Shown here: positions 1 through 14,194 of the stretch, one piece after another
Position numbering within the stretch: position 1 is the stretch's first letter
How the letters are laid out: every line of letters starts with the position of its first letter
Assembly (NCBI GenBank): GCA_013265495.1
Contig: MU058781.1
Location: 4,403,050 to 4,467,049, forward strand
Origin: Vicugna vicugna
Lineage: Eukaryota
Length of the DNA: 64,000 bases
Direction of reading: 5' to 3'
The notes under the pieces: generated by a model
Databases searched by the model: none
Told to the model about the DNA's origin: nothing
Seen by the model: the letters and a program-made list of their open reading frames with translations, nothing else
Translations under genes and position numbers: made by a program

Positions 1-2015
1 GGTGTGCATCGGTTCTGCACGTAATCGGGTAGCATCCTCAATAACAGGTGTCCCTCCTGGAGGGCTCAGCGGTGACGGAGGGCATGGAGGGGTGTGCCAG
101 GAAGATGGGGAGACGTCGCCTGCCAAAACCAATCACATTAAATCTTAATGCTCATTCAGGGCCTGTCACAGGAGGAGAGATCTGATGAACACCCGAATGT
201 CAGGGTGGTTATAGCGTCTGTTAAATGGCTTGTTAATGTGATTGTTGAGGATTTTACACAGAAATGACACTGGCTACCAGCACAGCAAGGCAGGCCTGGC
301 TCCAAGCCAGCCTCTACCAAGTACCATCACGACGTCAGGCCAGGTGGACGGGGGTTCTGCAGCTACCTGGTCTAGCCTCCTGCTGGCTCTGTTTTATAAT
401 CTGACTCTTTTAAGAAAAGGCTAGCAATCTCCCCAGAAAAGATGCCTAAGGTCACAATTTTTGCCTGTTCTTCAGGTGAAATAAAGGTCTGTTACACCAG
501 AAAGAAGGAGAGCTTGGAAACAATTTGTCCCTCTCATCTCTTTCCATGAAATAAACATGAATAGTTAGGTCAGGTGGTACCACGGTCTGAAGAAAGAAGG
601 CGGAAAACACTGAAGAGCAGAACACAGTGACCCCTCGATGGGTTCTAGCAGTGTTTTCTCTTTGTTTTCCTGATGAGTCAATGGCACAGATGACGGACAT
701 CAAAACTAACTGAGCATCAGCTGGGGCAAAGGACCGCTTTCGCTGATTTGGGGAACAAGAAAGGAAGTTACATGAGCCTTATCTACAAGAATTTGACCTG
801 AAGAGGATGGACAGAGCCAAACAAAACAAAATACAGCTACTGTGCAGATAACTGACTGCAACGAGATGCGGGGTATGAGACAGTAAATGTCCTTAAGATC
901 CTTTTACAAACCTCACTCATTCGCTTCTCCAACATTCATTCACCGATGCCCACAGTGTGCCCTATTATAATCCTGCAGCCCTTTTCTTAGGAATAAACGT
1001 TCCGTGTTTATTTTATTTTATTTAAATCTATTCTATTCCATTTTTGGATGGGAAGTGTATATATCAGAAAACATTTCATGTTGGTTTGACTATCTCAGTG
1101 AGGAGACCTCTCCACAGGCTGAATCAGTTCCACTCAACAACCAAGTTAGCAATCGCAGACTCTTAGGGTCACGGACCCTGAAGGTGATCTAGGCCAACCT
1201 TCTCACAGTGAAGACAAGGAAGTTAAGTTTCTTCTGCAAAGTAACTGAGTCACTGCGTGGCGGGCTGCAGCCATCGGCCAGGTCCCCCGATGGTCAGTCC
1301 TGCACACTTCGCCCTCCCTCCGCCAACCTCCCCAGTTGCCTAAAATTCCAATGCCCCAGGTTTGTCTTCAGTGACAAGAAACACAGGCTGCTCTCTCCGA
1401 TCTGGCCCTGGTCTGAGCACAGCTCTGACATGTCCCTGCTGTGTGCCACTCTGGTCTCTGGAGAAGGATGCTGGGCTCTCCAAAGAGCCAACCAGGCCCC
1501 TGCCACCCGTGTGCAGGGTGACCCAGGTAGGGCAGCACAGGACACTCGGGGAACAGACGGGCAAACTGGCCAGCTCTAGTTGCTTGCTCAGGACAACCAA
1601 ACCCTCCCTCTCTGGGTCCTTTTCTTTCAAGCCCTGATAGGGTCAGGGGGATTCTCAGGGCCCTGACTCAGAGAAACGGCAATCCTCCCCACACCCACAC
1701 TCTGTTTCTCACAGGGGCTTCCTCTCTCCTGGTGTGCAAAGCCCTGGAACAGTTTTCTGGTCGGTTTGAGTGCCCGGGGCAGCACGCTCCGGGTCTTAAC
1801 CCGCAACTGCAGTGCCTCTCCAACTCTGTGAACCAGGCTGAAGCTTCTTTCATTCCTCAAGGCCTCTGCCAGCCTCTCGTGACAATCCAATCCCTGTCCC
1901 CAAGACTCTGCCACCAGGAATCCTTCAGCCAGCCTCTCCTCTGCCTCCTCTTCCCCATATAAGCCCAGCTCTGTCTGTTGGTTCTAATGGCTTTTCTTGA
2001 AGGCAGGTTACCCTC

Positions 2016-2474
2016 TGTGTTAGCTTCTCAGAGCTGCCATGACAAAAATTACCATAAACCGGGGGCTTAAAAACAAAGGAGGTGTGCTCCCTCACAGTTC
2101 CAGAGGCCAGAAGTACGGAATCGAGGTGTCTGCAGGGCTCCACTCCCGCTGGAGGCTTTAGGGGAGACCCTTCCTCGCCCCTTCCAGCTGCTGGTGGCTC
2201 CAGGCGCTCCATGGCTCGTGGCTGAATGATTCCAGTCTCTGCCTTGCTCTTCGTGTGGCCCTCTCCTCCTCTCTGTGCCTTCTCTTCTATCTCTTTAAGG
2301 ACACTTGTCATGGGGTTTTGGACCCACCTGGATTATCCAGGATGACCTCATCTTGAGATCTTTAACATAATTGTCTCTGAAAAGATCCTTTTCCCAAAGA
2401 AGGCTGCATTCCCAGGTTCTTGGTGTTAGGATATGGACACAGCCCTTTGGATGTCAGCAGTCAACCCGCCACAC
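2016..2474 (-). mobile_element. MaLR solo LTR (MLT1C/D-like)
   Basis: Reverse-strand MLT1 motifs: tgtgttagcttctcagagctgccatgacaaaaattacc ... ctcacagttccagaggccagaagt ... ggacccacctggattatccaggatgacctcatc ... tcaacccgccaca. Confidence 0.85.
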
Positions 2475-4579
2475 CCTCTCCTAGAATTGGGGCTCACCCT
2501 AGATCAGAGTTGAAACACTGTACTTCAGACTTAATGAATGATTCAACCATGAAGTCCTGAGTTTGCTTCAGCACTTGATGCTGGATATCAGTATGGCGCT
2601 AAAGATACAAGATGAATGGTTCCTGCCCTCTAAAAGTTCTTAATCTTATATATCAGAAAAGCAAATAGGTCATTACAATACAACATGAAAAAAATTAGAA
2701 ACATCCCATCACTCAAGGATTCCATGGCCCATTTCCCTGATAATTCCCATATTCCAAGCAGTGTCACTCTCTTTTTGTTCATGTGCCACTGAATCTGCTT
2801 AACCAGAAAAATGAAAACTGATGGAGGAAGGGAAATGTCAAGGGGAACAAGGGAGATGTCTTCCCTGGAGAAATTTCTCTCGGCCACAGATATGTCTGTC
2901 TGAATATTAAAAAGAAGGGCAGACATCTGGTAAAACAGTCCACGGTGGGCGTAACGTTTCTGAAGTCTGCACAGAGAGCATCTCAGAGGCGGAAAGGGCT
3001 CACCCACGGACAGAAGTGATGGCTCCCTGAATACGGCTTCTACATATTTGTGCACAAATCGACAACTTGGATGAATGCCAAGAAGCACGCTCGCTCTTTC
3101 ACTGTTGAGTTGTTTAAGCATTTTAAGACCTTAGCTATGCGGGGCCATGTCTGAGCTCCCATGTGAAGCCTCCCATGCTTAGTCCTCTAGACAGGAGATG
3201 GCCTGGCTTATACACAGAGAAACAAGGCAAGTGCTTCCCTCCACTTCAAAACAGAGAACCCTAGAGCCCTCTCCTAAATTTCCTGAGGGGCGAGGGGTGC
3301 AAGATTATTCAGGGTGATGAGGCCAGATGGAGAGAAATCAAACACACACCTTGTTAAGTGACTCTAGAAGGTTTCTACCTCACAGCAGATACTCCTATCA
3401 GCAGCAAAGCCTTCCACAATTTAGGAGGCAAATGGTGGATCATATTTACCCTTGAGAGCTGAAACATACAGATATAAAGGAGACAGGCGAGTAGGCAATG
3501 TGCAAATTGGCTGGAATATTGTGATTCAGAAATAAAACGCAATTTTGTGTGCTAGAGTGACTCCTTTGCTCTGTATTTTTTAAAAACATGTAGTATCTTA
3601 TTGTAAAATGACTCTGCTGACTTTTTTCATAGCTGAGACTCAATGAATAAGACACAGATAATCATTCTAAAGCAGCCCTATCTTCAGTCCCCTGCTATTA
3701 TGTCCTGGAAGAGGATTTCTGAGAAGATTGGCAAAGATCCAGTAGCTGTCCAAAGAAAGCTGAAAGCACGGCTGAAATTTTCTAGAAAGCTATGCTTTGG
3801 TGACTCTGCCCAGCAAAGAACTTTTTCTACCTGGGGTAAGTGGCAGTTAGAAAACACTCTGCTACAGATTCCAATCTTTGCTCTAAAAAAAAAAAAAAAA
3901 GGCTCATGTTAAGTCCTGAGTGTAATATTTTGACAAATAAAAATAATTGTTGTAATATCCTCAGTGCTACAAAAGAGACTCTACCTCCACACACCTGCTC
4001 GCACAGCTGAGAAATATTACGAAGGGGGCTGACCTGGCTAACTCCCAGTTTCTCTCAGCTTACACTTCAGCTGGAAGGAGATGATTTATGCTGACCCTAT
4101 CTAGCTTTCAAAGATCAGGGTGACCCCAGCCAGAAACTGGGTCCCATTATGCAAGTGAGTTTGCCACAAAAATTGGTTCTAATCCATTTCTCCTTCCTAA
4201 TTCAGTCTACCAGAAAAAGCAAGAAATTTCATCCTTCAAAGAACACAGAGAAAGGCAGGTGGTGAATTCTGTCTGCAGATCTTATTTAGAAAAACGTCAG
4301 CATAATGTACTGCTCACCAGCCGAGGGGGACCAGCCTGTCGGCTCCTGCTGCCCTAGCCTGTGCCCACTTCCCCTCCACCTTCCACTCCTGCGCCAGGAC
4401 AGGGGTTCCGAACCTCCGATTCACCAGTGCAGCCGCCACCAGTGAGTGCCATCTAGCACTGCCCTAAGTAAGACGTGGGCCCCGCAACACCAAAGTTGCA
4501 AGAAGTTCTATTGGTCAGTCCACTGTCATCTTAGGTCGCAGGTTAACTGGAGGCCTCCATGACGACAGGTCTGGTTGCA

Positions 4580-4978
4580 GACCCTGTGAATGGAATCTTA
4601 TTTGGAGAAAGGCTCTTTGCAGATGTGACTGCTAGGAATCTGGAGATGGTATCATCCTGGGTGATCCAAGTGGGCCCTAAATCCAAGGACAAGTGTCCTC
4701 TTGAGAGACACAGAGAGGAGAGACACATGGAGAAGAAGAGAAAGGCCCTGGGAAGATGGAGGGAGAGATTGGAGTGACGCAGCTCCAGCCAGAGAGTGCC
4801 TGGGACCATCGCAGCTGGAACAGATTCTCCCTTAGGACCTTTCACGGGGACACTGGTCCCTGCCAACATCTTGACTGTGGACATTTGTCCTCCAGAGCTG
4901 TGAGAGGATACATTTCTGTTGTTTTAAGCCCCCCAAAATTGTGGTGATTCATTACAACAGCCATAGGAAACTCATACA
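4580..4978 (+). mobile_element. MaLR LTR (MLT1C/D-like)
   Basis: cttatttggagaaaggctctttgcagatgtga ... gggccctaaatcca ... cctccagagctgtgagaggatacatttctgttgttttaagcc ... acagccataggaaactcataca (MLT1 3' terminus). Confidence 0.85.
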
Positions 4979-5339
4979 CCTTACTTAATTTTCAAGGACA
5001 AATGACATTCTCATGATCCAGAAGGTTGAGTCACACTATTATCAAACTCACAAGTTTGAAATTTGAAACCTCATGAATTTCTTTCTTTTGATAATTCGCC
5101 ATATCTTTCAGACTAAACAATTAGTCGATAAACACACTTAAAATCTACTAGTTTGTTGTAGCAAGAAAAAGACAATTGAAGTAGAAAACATTGCTAGACA
5201 TTCACTTAAGATTTTCACTGCAATACTTTATAAACACACATGTGATACATCTTTGAGATTGTCTGTCCTGGACAATTTAATCTTCTTTCTCTGAAAATCA
5301 CACCCCACATCCACAGACTTAAGCTCCAAAAGACATCTG

Positions 5340-5785
5340 AATTACATGACCCCTTTCCACCACCCCAGTAGACTGGTTATAATTGACTGGAGCGGGGACG
5401 AAACTTGACCCCAGCTGGACCAGTCACACTGTCTCCCATGGGAATTTGAAACTGAGATGAAAACAGCCAGGCTAACTGGGCTGGCTGGGTGCTGGAGGAG
5501 GAGTAAACTCGACAGCCATCAGGAGACCACCTTCCTGCGTTTTTACAGATGGAGGTCAGCCTGGAGATGCAAAAATGGGACAGATGCCAGACAAAAACAA
5601 AGATCAGAGACACAAAGAGGGTCCTCTCTAGTGTTCCTCCTGGCTCCCCAAGACCTCATGTTCTCTCTGGGAGGCCCATAGCCCTTGGATGCTGTGCAAC
5701 GTTCCAACGTCTTGCACCTTCTTTTTTGCTTAAACCAATTCAAGCTGATTTCTGTTGTTAATACCCGGGAGAAACTTGATTAAAA
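5340..5785 (+). mobile_element. Old ERVL-type LTR (LTR16-like)
   Basis: tgaccccagctggaccagtca ... tctcccatgggaatttgaa ... ttttttgcttaaaccaattcaagctgatttctgtt, resembling LTR16 family motifs; heavily diverged. Confidence 0.5.
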
Positions 5786-6955
5786 CCAAAATGAGCACCA
5801 ACAAATGAAATTAATGAATAAAGATTTACATTTCACAATGGATCTATGTAGAGATATCTATCTATCCATCTATCCATAAATAGCTATATATCTTTATCTA
5901 TATATAACACATACAACATTTCTCAACCAGGCACAAAGTACTTTTGAATCTAAAAATTTTTGAAATCCTTAAGGATTGCATCCCTGTCTTAAAGAAACTA
6001 TTAATTTATTCCACCCATTACTCATTAAATTAGAATTTAATAAGTGTTTATTGCATGCATACTAAAGAGGATTCTGCAGAATTTTTTGGAAGTCCTTTCT
6101 TCCCCTTGAAGTGCTTATGATCTAATTAAGACAATAAAACAAACACTGTGACCTAGTGCCCATATCTCACCTTGTCATAAATACTAGTAGTTTTCAGCTT
6201 TCATAAATCAAAAACTCAATACCCTGTCCATTCACACATTTTACACTGACACCTCTTACCAGTTTTTGGATGCCAAAACTAGATCTTTATAAATCAGCAG
6301 AAAATGAACATTTTGAGCTTACTGAATTGCGGTGCTGTCAGCCAAGAGTTGAGTTTTGGCAGTGTTGCCACTTTCATCTAAACAGCAATGTCTCTGCAAT
6401 TATTTGAAAATTTTTATTGCATTTTGCCCCTATGGTTTTATAAAAATAAATGGGGAAATGGAAAAATGAAAGCATTTAAACAGCATTCTCATAAACTGAA
6501 CACAATCAAGATGAAGCTGGAAAGAGGGCAGCCCAATGTGGTGAAACACTCACTGGGTTTAAACTGGTGAAGGAAGACAGAAAAACTAAGGGGCTTTCAT
6601 GAAATGCTGTAATATATCTTCAGAGAGTGCATCTGAAGCTGAGGTACGATTAGAGTTGGTCCTTTTTACAGATGTTGGGAATGGAACGCCCTCCTCTATT
6701 CTACTTTCACACATCCCTGTGAGATGGAAGTTTTCAGGAAGGCTTTGCTGATGAAAGCAGGAAACTGCCTGTGGACCAACACAGGTAGGTGTCAGTAGTG
6801 CCTGGAATCCAGCTTCCACTCCTATCTGTTTTCTAAGAGGCTCCATGGAAGGGAAGGAGAGCACTTGTCTAAGGTTAACACACCGTGCCCGCCCTTTCAC
6901 AGTTCATTCATTATGCCTTCTTGCCAAATCTCACAGTTGGAGTCTTGATCTAGAC

Positions 6956-7163
6956 CAGTGGTTCTCAACCAGGGATCAGACCTTTGCGCCCCAGGAGACA
7001 TTTAGCAACGACTGAAGATATTTTTGATTGTCTAGGGGGAGAGCCAGGTGGTGAGTAGAACTCAGGGATACTGCTAAACATTCTACACAGGACAGCTCCC
7101 CACCACAATGACTATCTGGCCCAAAATTTCAAATAGGGCTGCCAAAGCTGAAAACACCACTAG
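6956..7163 (+). mobile_element. MER20 (hAT-Charlie DNA transposon)
   Basis: cagtggttctcaaccaggg start; cagggatactgctaaacattctac ... gacagctcccca ... tatctggcccaaaa ... gctgaaaacaccact end. Confidence 0.8.
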
Positions 7164-7232
7164 CTTCTCAACTCTGCTCTTAATTTAAGAATTAATCTTT
7201 TTATTCTAAAACTCCCTGAATCCAATTAACTA

Positions 7233-7539
7233 CAGGCAAAGCTCAGAGATTTTGCAGGTTTGGTTCCAGACCACCGCAATAAAGTGAATATCGCAATAAA
7301 GTGAGTTACACAAGTATTTTTGGTTTCTTGGTGCACATAAAAGTTATGTCTACGCTACACTGAAGTCAATTAAGTGCACAATCGCATCATGTCTAAAAAA
7401 AACAATGTACATACCTTAATTAAAAATACTGTTAAAAATTACTAACCATCATCTGACAATGCAGGGTTGCCACAAACCTTCAATTTGTTTAAAAACAAAC
7501 AAACAGTATCATAAAGCACAATAAAACGAGGTATGCCTG
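7233..7539 (-). mobile_element. Tigger1-derived MITE (Tc1/mariner), ~307 bp
   Basis: TA|caggcaaagctcagagattttgcaggtttggttccagaccaccgcaataaa ... aataaaacgaggtatgcctg|TA; both Tigger1 termini and a TA target-site duplication are visible. Confidence 0.9.
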
Positions 7540-7629
7540 TAACCTCTCTCTGGATGATGGGTTTTCCTCTCTAACTTGTGTGTGGGGAGTGACTGCACAT
7601 ACGGCTGGAGGTGGGGCTGGAACAGAACT

Positions 7630-7830
7630 GAACGGCATTCAACATTTGCTGAGCGCTTTGCATACGCGACCACATTCAGTCCTCGTAAGAGCGCTAGCGG
7701 GTGAGTCCTCTGGGATCCTCATTTCATAGATGAGACATCTGAAGCTAAGAAGCATTAAGTGAGATGTTCGAAGTCACAGAGGTTTTAAGTGTCGAGCCAG
7801 GACTGGAACAGAGTGAGCCTGACTCAGCAG
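7630..7830 (-). mobile_element. MIR SINE
   Basis: cctcatttcatagatgagacatctgaagctaaga ... aagtcacaga ... gagccaggactggaac is the reverse of the MIR core. Confidence 0.7.
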
Positions 7831-8864
7831 CCAGACGAACAGACTTGGTAGATGCATGAAAAGCCAGGACAGCAGGTGAGGTCCCAACACAGCGTGAGAA
7901 GGAAAGAAGAGAGTGGGGCACGGGGTAGAGGTGCACATGGGGAGACCCAGCGGGGCAGGAATAGCTCCACATATGCCCTCACGGTTCTTGGTGCTGACTC
8001 AGCTGCAGAAGTTGCAGTTCTGAGCCCTTGGACTTGAACTTGGGGTCACACGGCAGCTCCACTGCTTAATGCTTTCACACCATGGCTCTCTCATGGCCTG
8101 TAGAGAAGAGGCATTTTCCCCCGTTCCGACTCATTACATTCTGTTAACCCAGAACTTGTTTTGTGCAAGAGCTGCAGAGCCGTGGAGAGGAGCAGGAAGC
8201 ATGTGACATGTTTCAATAGGCTGGCGTAATATGCTGACCAGCGAGGTTTGTTTATTAAAATCTGTGTGTGGGGTGAAGCCCAACTGAGCTTATGTCAGCT
8301 GATTTTGGAGAGGCTCTGTTTTCAAGACCAGGCTGCTGTTTGTCTTCTTTACTGACCTGACAGGGGACATTCTGGAGCATACATTACGCCAAAAACATCT
8401 GTATTACAGAAAATCAACAATGAGGAGCAACAGCTCCAAATGGAGTTAGTACTTGGAAAGGCTTTCATCTGTCAATAGATTAAACTGCTATTTTTATCTA
8501 AGGAGGAAATGAGAGGAAGTAAACCGGTTTAAGAACAGCAGAGAACAGCCTAGTCTTTTCTGCCAAGTTATTTTGCACACTCGGGAGGATGAAGGGTGGG
8601 ACTTTGTCTTGTATTGTTTTTTTAATCAATGTTAAAAAAAATATATATTTGGAAAATTCAATCCCAAGTCAGGGCACTCAGGAGTGACTTTTTTCTTTGT
8701 TCTCTTCCCCGGGGATGCATGCCTCTGGATGAGACATGATGTTAAGGGGTTCACCTCTGATGAAGAACCAGGCATTTTACATGCCTTCCTATTTAAAAAC
8801 CTTGGAGTGCCACTGGCATACCCAGATGTGACAGGAACGCCTTCAACAGGATCACAAAAATGCT

Positions 8865-9570
8865 AACAATAACCGATTGCTAACATCTGTCAGGCACTTA
8901 CTGTGGCTCAGTATTTTTCATCTGCTGTTTCATTTAATCCTCACCTCTCTATTACACTATTATACTATTGTACTATTGTAATCATCTGCCTTCTTTAATT
9001 AACTTATTAAAGTAGAACCTATATGCAGCAAATTATACACGTTGTAAGTATGGAACTCAGTGCACTTCACAAACCGGACATACTCAAGTAATTGCCACCC
9101 AGGACAAGCGACAGGACACCGCCAGCCCTCTTCTGCCCGACAGGTCACACCATTAGCCCAACCTCGAATAACAGAAACCAGTTTCACCACGCTCTGAACT
9201 TTATCTAAGTGGAGATATACAATATGTACCCTTTTCTTTCTGGCTTCTTTCCTTCGATGTTATGTCTGTGAGATGCGTCCATGTCGTTTTGTGTAGCTGT
9301 GTATCACGTGTAGCTGTAGATTTCTCATCCTCAAGGCTGCAGAGTATTCCATTACGTGAATATGCCACAATTTGTTTTTTAACTCAGCTGTTGATGAGTT
9401 TCATGTCCATTTCAAGGTGGAGGTTAAAGTTGAAGGTTAAGGTTAAAGACAAAGAACACTGAGATTCAAGAGGCTAAAAATAACTTGTCCAAGTTCATGA
9501 AGCTAGAATGGTGGACCTGGGATTCTAACCTGGGCTGGCTTGACTCCAAAGCCCATGCTGTACTGCCTTC
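8865..9570 (-). mobile_element. MIR (8865-8990 and 9450-9570) interrupted by an L1M 3' fragment (~8995-9420)
   Basis: MIR halves: tttcatttaatcctcac and gaacactgagattcaagaggctaaaaataacttgtccaag. L1 part: ttattaaagtagaacctatatgcagcaaa ... tggcttctttccttcgatgttatgtctgtgagatgcgtccatgt ... agtattccattacgtgaatatgccacaatttg. Confidence 0.75.
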
Positions 9571-10755
9571 CAGAAAAGCTAGGTGTGCAGGGACCTCTCT
9601 CTGACAGGTGGAAGAGTCTTTTGTGTTAAGTAATTTGGGAGGCCAACTGGAAGGAGATATTTGAGTAACACAATATGGTGGACAGCCACCCATCTCTACA
9701 GAGCTCATTGCCTTGGGCACGTCTCTTTACCTTTGCTTCCCAACACTGTCTCCCTTTTTTATTACTTTGATTGACTGTTTCAATAGTCCTATTGAGATCT
9801 CAAGCATTGTGGGATTTGACTGAGTTGCAGAGACAGGAAACACACCGCTGAATGTAAGATACATACTTACAGAATCAGCCACAAAAAAGGTGAAGGCTTT
9901 GATGGGTATGTTAGCAAAAGAGGGTACGGGGCAATCCAAGTTCAGTGTGTATGTGCGCACATTTGTGTGCACTCTCTAAACCATGTGTTCACTCACTCTC
10001 CTCCCCCCTCTCGTTTTCCTCCTACAAACAGTTCACTATGCTGTTGCCAGGACATTCCTATGGTATCAATTTGGCACACCCAGTGAACTGATTCATTATT
10101 ACGATAATTGCGTCCTAACTGGCATTCACACTCTCTACATGGTTTTTAGGAGGAAAGGAAAAGGAAAGAAAGAAAAATAACACTTTCAAAGAATTACTTC
10201 ACAATAAAGGAAACAGGAATGCTTCCTCTCTTTCTAATAGTTTATCCTCTTCAAATGGAGGGGAATCCAATGACGCGGTGCCACGCAGGCCAGTAGGGAG
10301 AGAGAGCAGCTTAAGCAATGTTTTCCAGTCCAAGCTTTGGATCCCTCTCAGACCTCATAATCAGAAGTGACCATGGCTAGAGACACAGGGAGACCAGACA
10401 TAGAACTTACTGGAGCCTCAAGGAAGACTTTCAACACAGCTCTCACTGCCTCTCAGCCAAGTTCACTGGTGTTTTTCTAAAAACGGGCACAGAATTGACA
10501 CGTGTCTGCTAGGTTATTTGGCCAGTTTACAACTGATCATGCAGTGAAGGCACAATGAGCGTGGACCAGTGAGCGCTGCTTGTTAATATGACAGAAATCA
10601 CTGAATCAGCTGAGATACAGGCCAGTTGTTTCACTGATGTAGACAACATTGGGGTTTCCAAGTACTATTCCAGAAGAAAACCACCTTGCTTTGCAGAGTC
10701 TCAAGAAACCTCTTCTCTGCGCTCCCCTGACGAAGAGGCCACGGCACTGGCCAAC

Positions 10756-11167
10756 TGTACTGGTTTGCCATGGCCACTGCAACAAAGCACTACCAATGTG
10801 GCCTGAATGACAGAGAGGTATCATCTCACAGTTCAGAGCCCAGAAGTCCAAAACCCAGGAGTTGGCCGAGTTGCTTCCTTCTGAGGATCACGAGGAAAGG
10901 ATGTGTTCCATGCCTCTTGGTTTGTCCACGACCATTTTTATGCTCCAGTCATGGCATTCTCCCTGTGTGCGTGTCTCTCTATCCAAATGTCCCCTTTTTA
11001 TAAGGAGACTAATCACTCTGGCTTAGGACCCACCCTAATGACCTCACTTTAACATGACTGCCTCTGTAAAGACCCTACCTCAAAAAAGGTCACACTCTAA
11101 AGTGACTAACCAGGGGTTAAGACTTCAACATATGAAATGTAGGGGACACTCAACTCAACCCGTAACG
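10756..11167 (-). mobile_element. MaLR solo LTR (MLT1A/B-like)
   Basis: tgtactggtttgccatggccactgcaacaaagcactacc ... tctcacagttcagagcccagaagtccaaa ... ggacccaccctaatgacctcactttaac ... caactcaacccgtaac. Confidence 0.85.
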
Positions 11168-12719
11168 CTGACTGTTACGAAAGTGTCTTTGTCTCTTCCC
11201 AGTGCGCAATCAGTTCAGCCCTCCCCAGGGTCTCTAGGGTCCAGACTCTGTGTGCTCTGGCCCCAACCACGTAAGTGTGTTGAAAAGAAGACAGATGAAC
11301 TTGATGTGGCCCCAGCTCCAATTTCTTTGTGGTCTTCTATTATCTTATCCCCACAGGGAATGATGCTCTGGTTGTCAGGGTCGCCTGAGGTCAAAGGAGT
11401 CAGGGATGCCCATGTAACTTCTGGTTCGGTCTCCCCCACCCCCTTTCACTCGCCTGCTGGTCTTGCCACCAGGCCTCTCTCATCCCTCCATGCAAGCTCA
11501 TCCTTCCCTCCCTTTGCTGATGTTCCTCCAGCTCCTCTCTCCTCTTTCTCTGTCTCGAGAACAAAACTCTTTTAAGATCTCATTCAATTCATGTCTTCTG
11601 TGACAGGTGCTTCTCACTCACATCATCTGAACAGACAGAATCGTTGTTCCAGCTGGCTTTACATGATTTGATGAAGGAAGAAGGAGGGACATTTCTCCTT
11701 CTATCCACAATGTCTCAGTAACTCACAGGAGCTGTCACTGACATCCTCATTCCGTGTCTTGGTTTCCTGGGGCCACGGATTCCTCTTCCAGGTGTCCTAC
11801 CTTTGAAGCTGCTGCCAGGCAAGCAAAGACTGAACAGCCTGATGGCACGGATCTCAGGCAGCCCCATTTGCAGGGGAGACAAACGCCCAGGCGACCTCAC
11901 CCACGGTTAAAAGAGGGGAGAGAGTCAGTACTTGATTTTCACTTTCCTGTATGGAAATACCACTTTCTAGAAATCCTGTTTGTCTCCAGTGCTATTTTTC
12001 ATGAAGTCTTTTCTTTCAAAGTGACTTTTAATTTCAAGAAGCCACTTCATCCCCTCCAAATCTCATAAAAGTTCCTCCCGCTCACTTTGAAAGCAGAGTC
12101 AAGTTGCTAGAAGGCATCCACGTGGATAGAAAGGAAGAGACATGCTGTTGGGAATGACTTGTATTTAAAAATAAAACATTTGACCTTATTTCTTTAAAAA
12201 CATAAAGCCTGAGCATTTCTTCCGAGCACCTTGAAGCCTTTGTGAATGGAGGGCTTGACAGAAGTACATTGATTAGGAGGTTAGGAGACTTCAAAACCAT
12301 TGGGAAGACCTGGCTTAGTCTTTCCAGGGTACCGACACATTTCCAGTGAAAACCCAGGTGCTTAAGGAAACATACACACTCCTTCAAGATGGAAACCCAC
12401 TCTTCACAGCACTATTTGCTGGCAGACCCAATTATTATCCCCAATTAACTGATGAAAACTTGTGAGGAAGACAAAGTATGTACACGCACCTGGCCCCCTC
12501 AACTGAGACATAACTCTCATCATAGGTTAGGTTAGGCAAAGCCTGATCCGTGTTGAGAAGCCAAAGGCAAAGATGAAAAGAAAAGACCTCTTTCCTAATC
12601 CAATTCAGTTACTTCGCTCAATAGCCTGGTTTTTTCATACCAGGATATAAAAATGCTTGGCACCAGTTAGTAGATGTGATCAAAAAAGATAAGTGTTCAA
12701 AATATTCTGATATCTACCT

Positions 12720-14190
12720 CAGTCGATTCTGTTGTGCAATAAAAATTTATGGAGTACTTCTTACGTGTGGCAGGGAAAATAACCTGCAGTCTGACGGGGA
12801 AACAGAAGAGTTAAGACAGTCATAGGATAATGCAGTGGAACATGCAGGCAAATCACTTAACCCAGTCTTGGAGCAGAGAGAAGGTCTGAAAGGAAGTGCT
12901 GTCTAAGCCGATGCGTGGTGTTAGAGGGAGTTGTCTAGAATAATCCAGAAGCGAGATGAAAGTGACCTGAGCAGCCCACTGGCAGGGAAGATGTAGAAAA
13001 GTCATTTAATTAGTGAGGTTTTAGGAGAAAGGATCTACAAGAGTTGGTAGGACTGTCTCCTCTACCTTCCGGGTTGTAGGACTGAATAGGGAGGAGGAAC
13101 AGATGGGAAGGTGATTTATTTCACAAAGCGACTAACAATACACTAATACATCTGCTTTCTCAGTCTCTGTCTTCACACGGAGCAGGCTTGTTTACAACTG
13201 AGTAAATATCAGGTGTGCAGATTTGACTCAACTGAGTTTTTTATACCAATAAATTCCTTCCACTGTCTTATCAGATAGCCTAGCGGCCAGGCTGGATACT
13301 TGAGATCAGAGTGAAGTTCTTCCCCTGCAGTCCTCTTAAGCAGGAGTCAGAAGCCCTTCTACTCTTCTCACTGTGGTATGATGAGGGGGCGAGATGAAGG
13401 GGCACAAACACTACCTTGTTCCATGGGGATGAGATGTCATTTATGTCACAACTTCTGCGTGATAGCTAGCAGAGATTTTCCACTATGACTAATGCCCTGC
13501 TCCTGAGCACACCATGGAAGAAAAAAGACAGAGTGTGATAAGGGACATAGGAATGGTGTGGACAAACTCTACTGAGCATGAAGTGCAGAGCACGTGTGAT
13601 GAGCCCGGGCTAGGGGGGACACAGTGACAGGGTTCTCAGGCTCCAGACAGCAGGGAGGCTCAACCTGGATGAACTGGTAGGAGCTGCTCCACTAGACAGG
13701 TGCAGGCATGCATTCCAGGGAATAAAACCAACATAAACAAAAATGTCAAAGTGTGGAAGGGAACAGAAGGTTGAGGAACAGTAAACAGACTGTGTGATCC
13801 AGCCTGAGTGCACAGGGTCACTGGGGAGAGTGAGAGGCAGCCTGAAGGAAGGACAATAGGAAGGCCTGTGAGCACCAAGGAAAGGGGAGCCATGGACATG
13901 ACGGGGAAGGGGTGGCATGGACGACCGTCAACCACAGAGAAAAGTGACCAGATCTGCTTCTCAGCAGCAGCATGGCAGCGGTAGACTGGAGGTGAGAGAG
14001 ATGAGCATCAGGGACACCAGCTAACAGACTCTGAAACAGCCTTACTAAGACCTGAGGAAGGGCTGAACCAAGGATTTGGCAGTGGCAATGGAGAGGAAAG
14101 GAGCAAGGCCAGGTGACATTTCTGCAATCAGATCTACAAAAGCTGATGACCAACACGGTGTCAGCTGGGAGAGAAAGAGGAGCATCTAGA
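12720..14190 (-). mobile_element. Fragmented L2 LINE remnants (two blocks, ~12720-13090 and ~13700-14190)
   Basis: Purine-rich L2 antisense motifs, e.g. gcattccagggaataaa ... gtagactggaggtgagagag ... ggcagtggcaatggagaggaaagga. Confidence 0.55.
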
Positions 14191-14194
14191 GTTT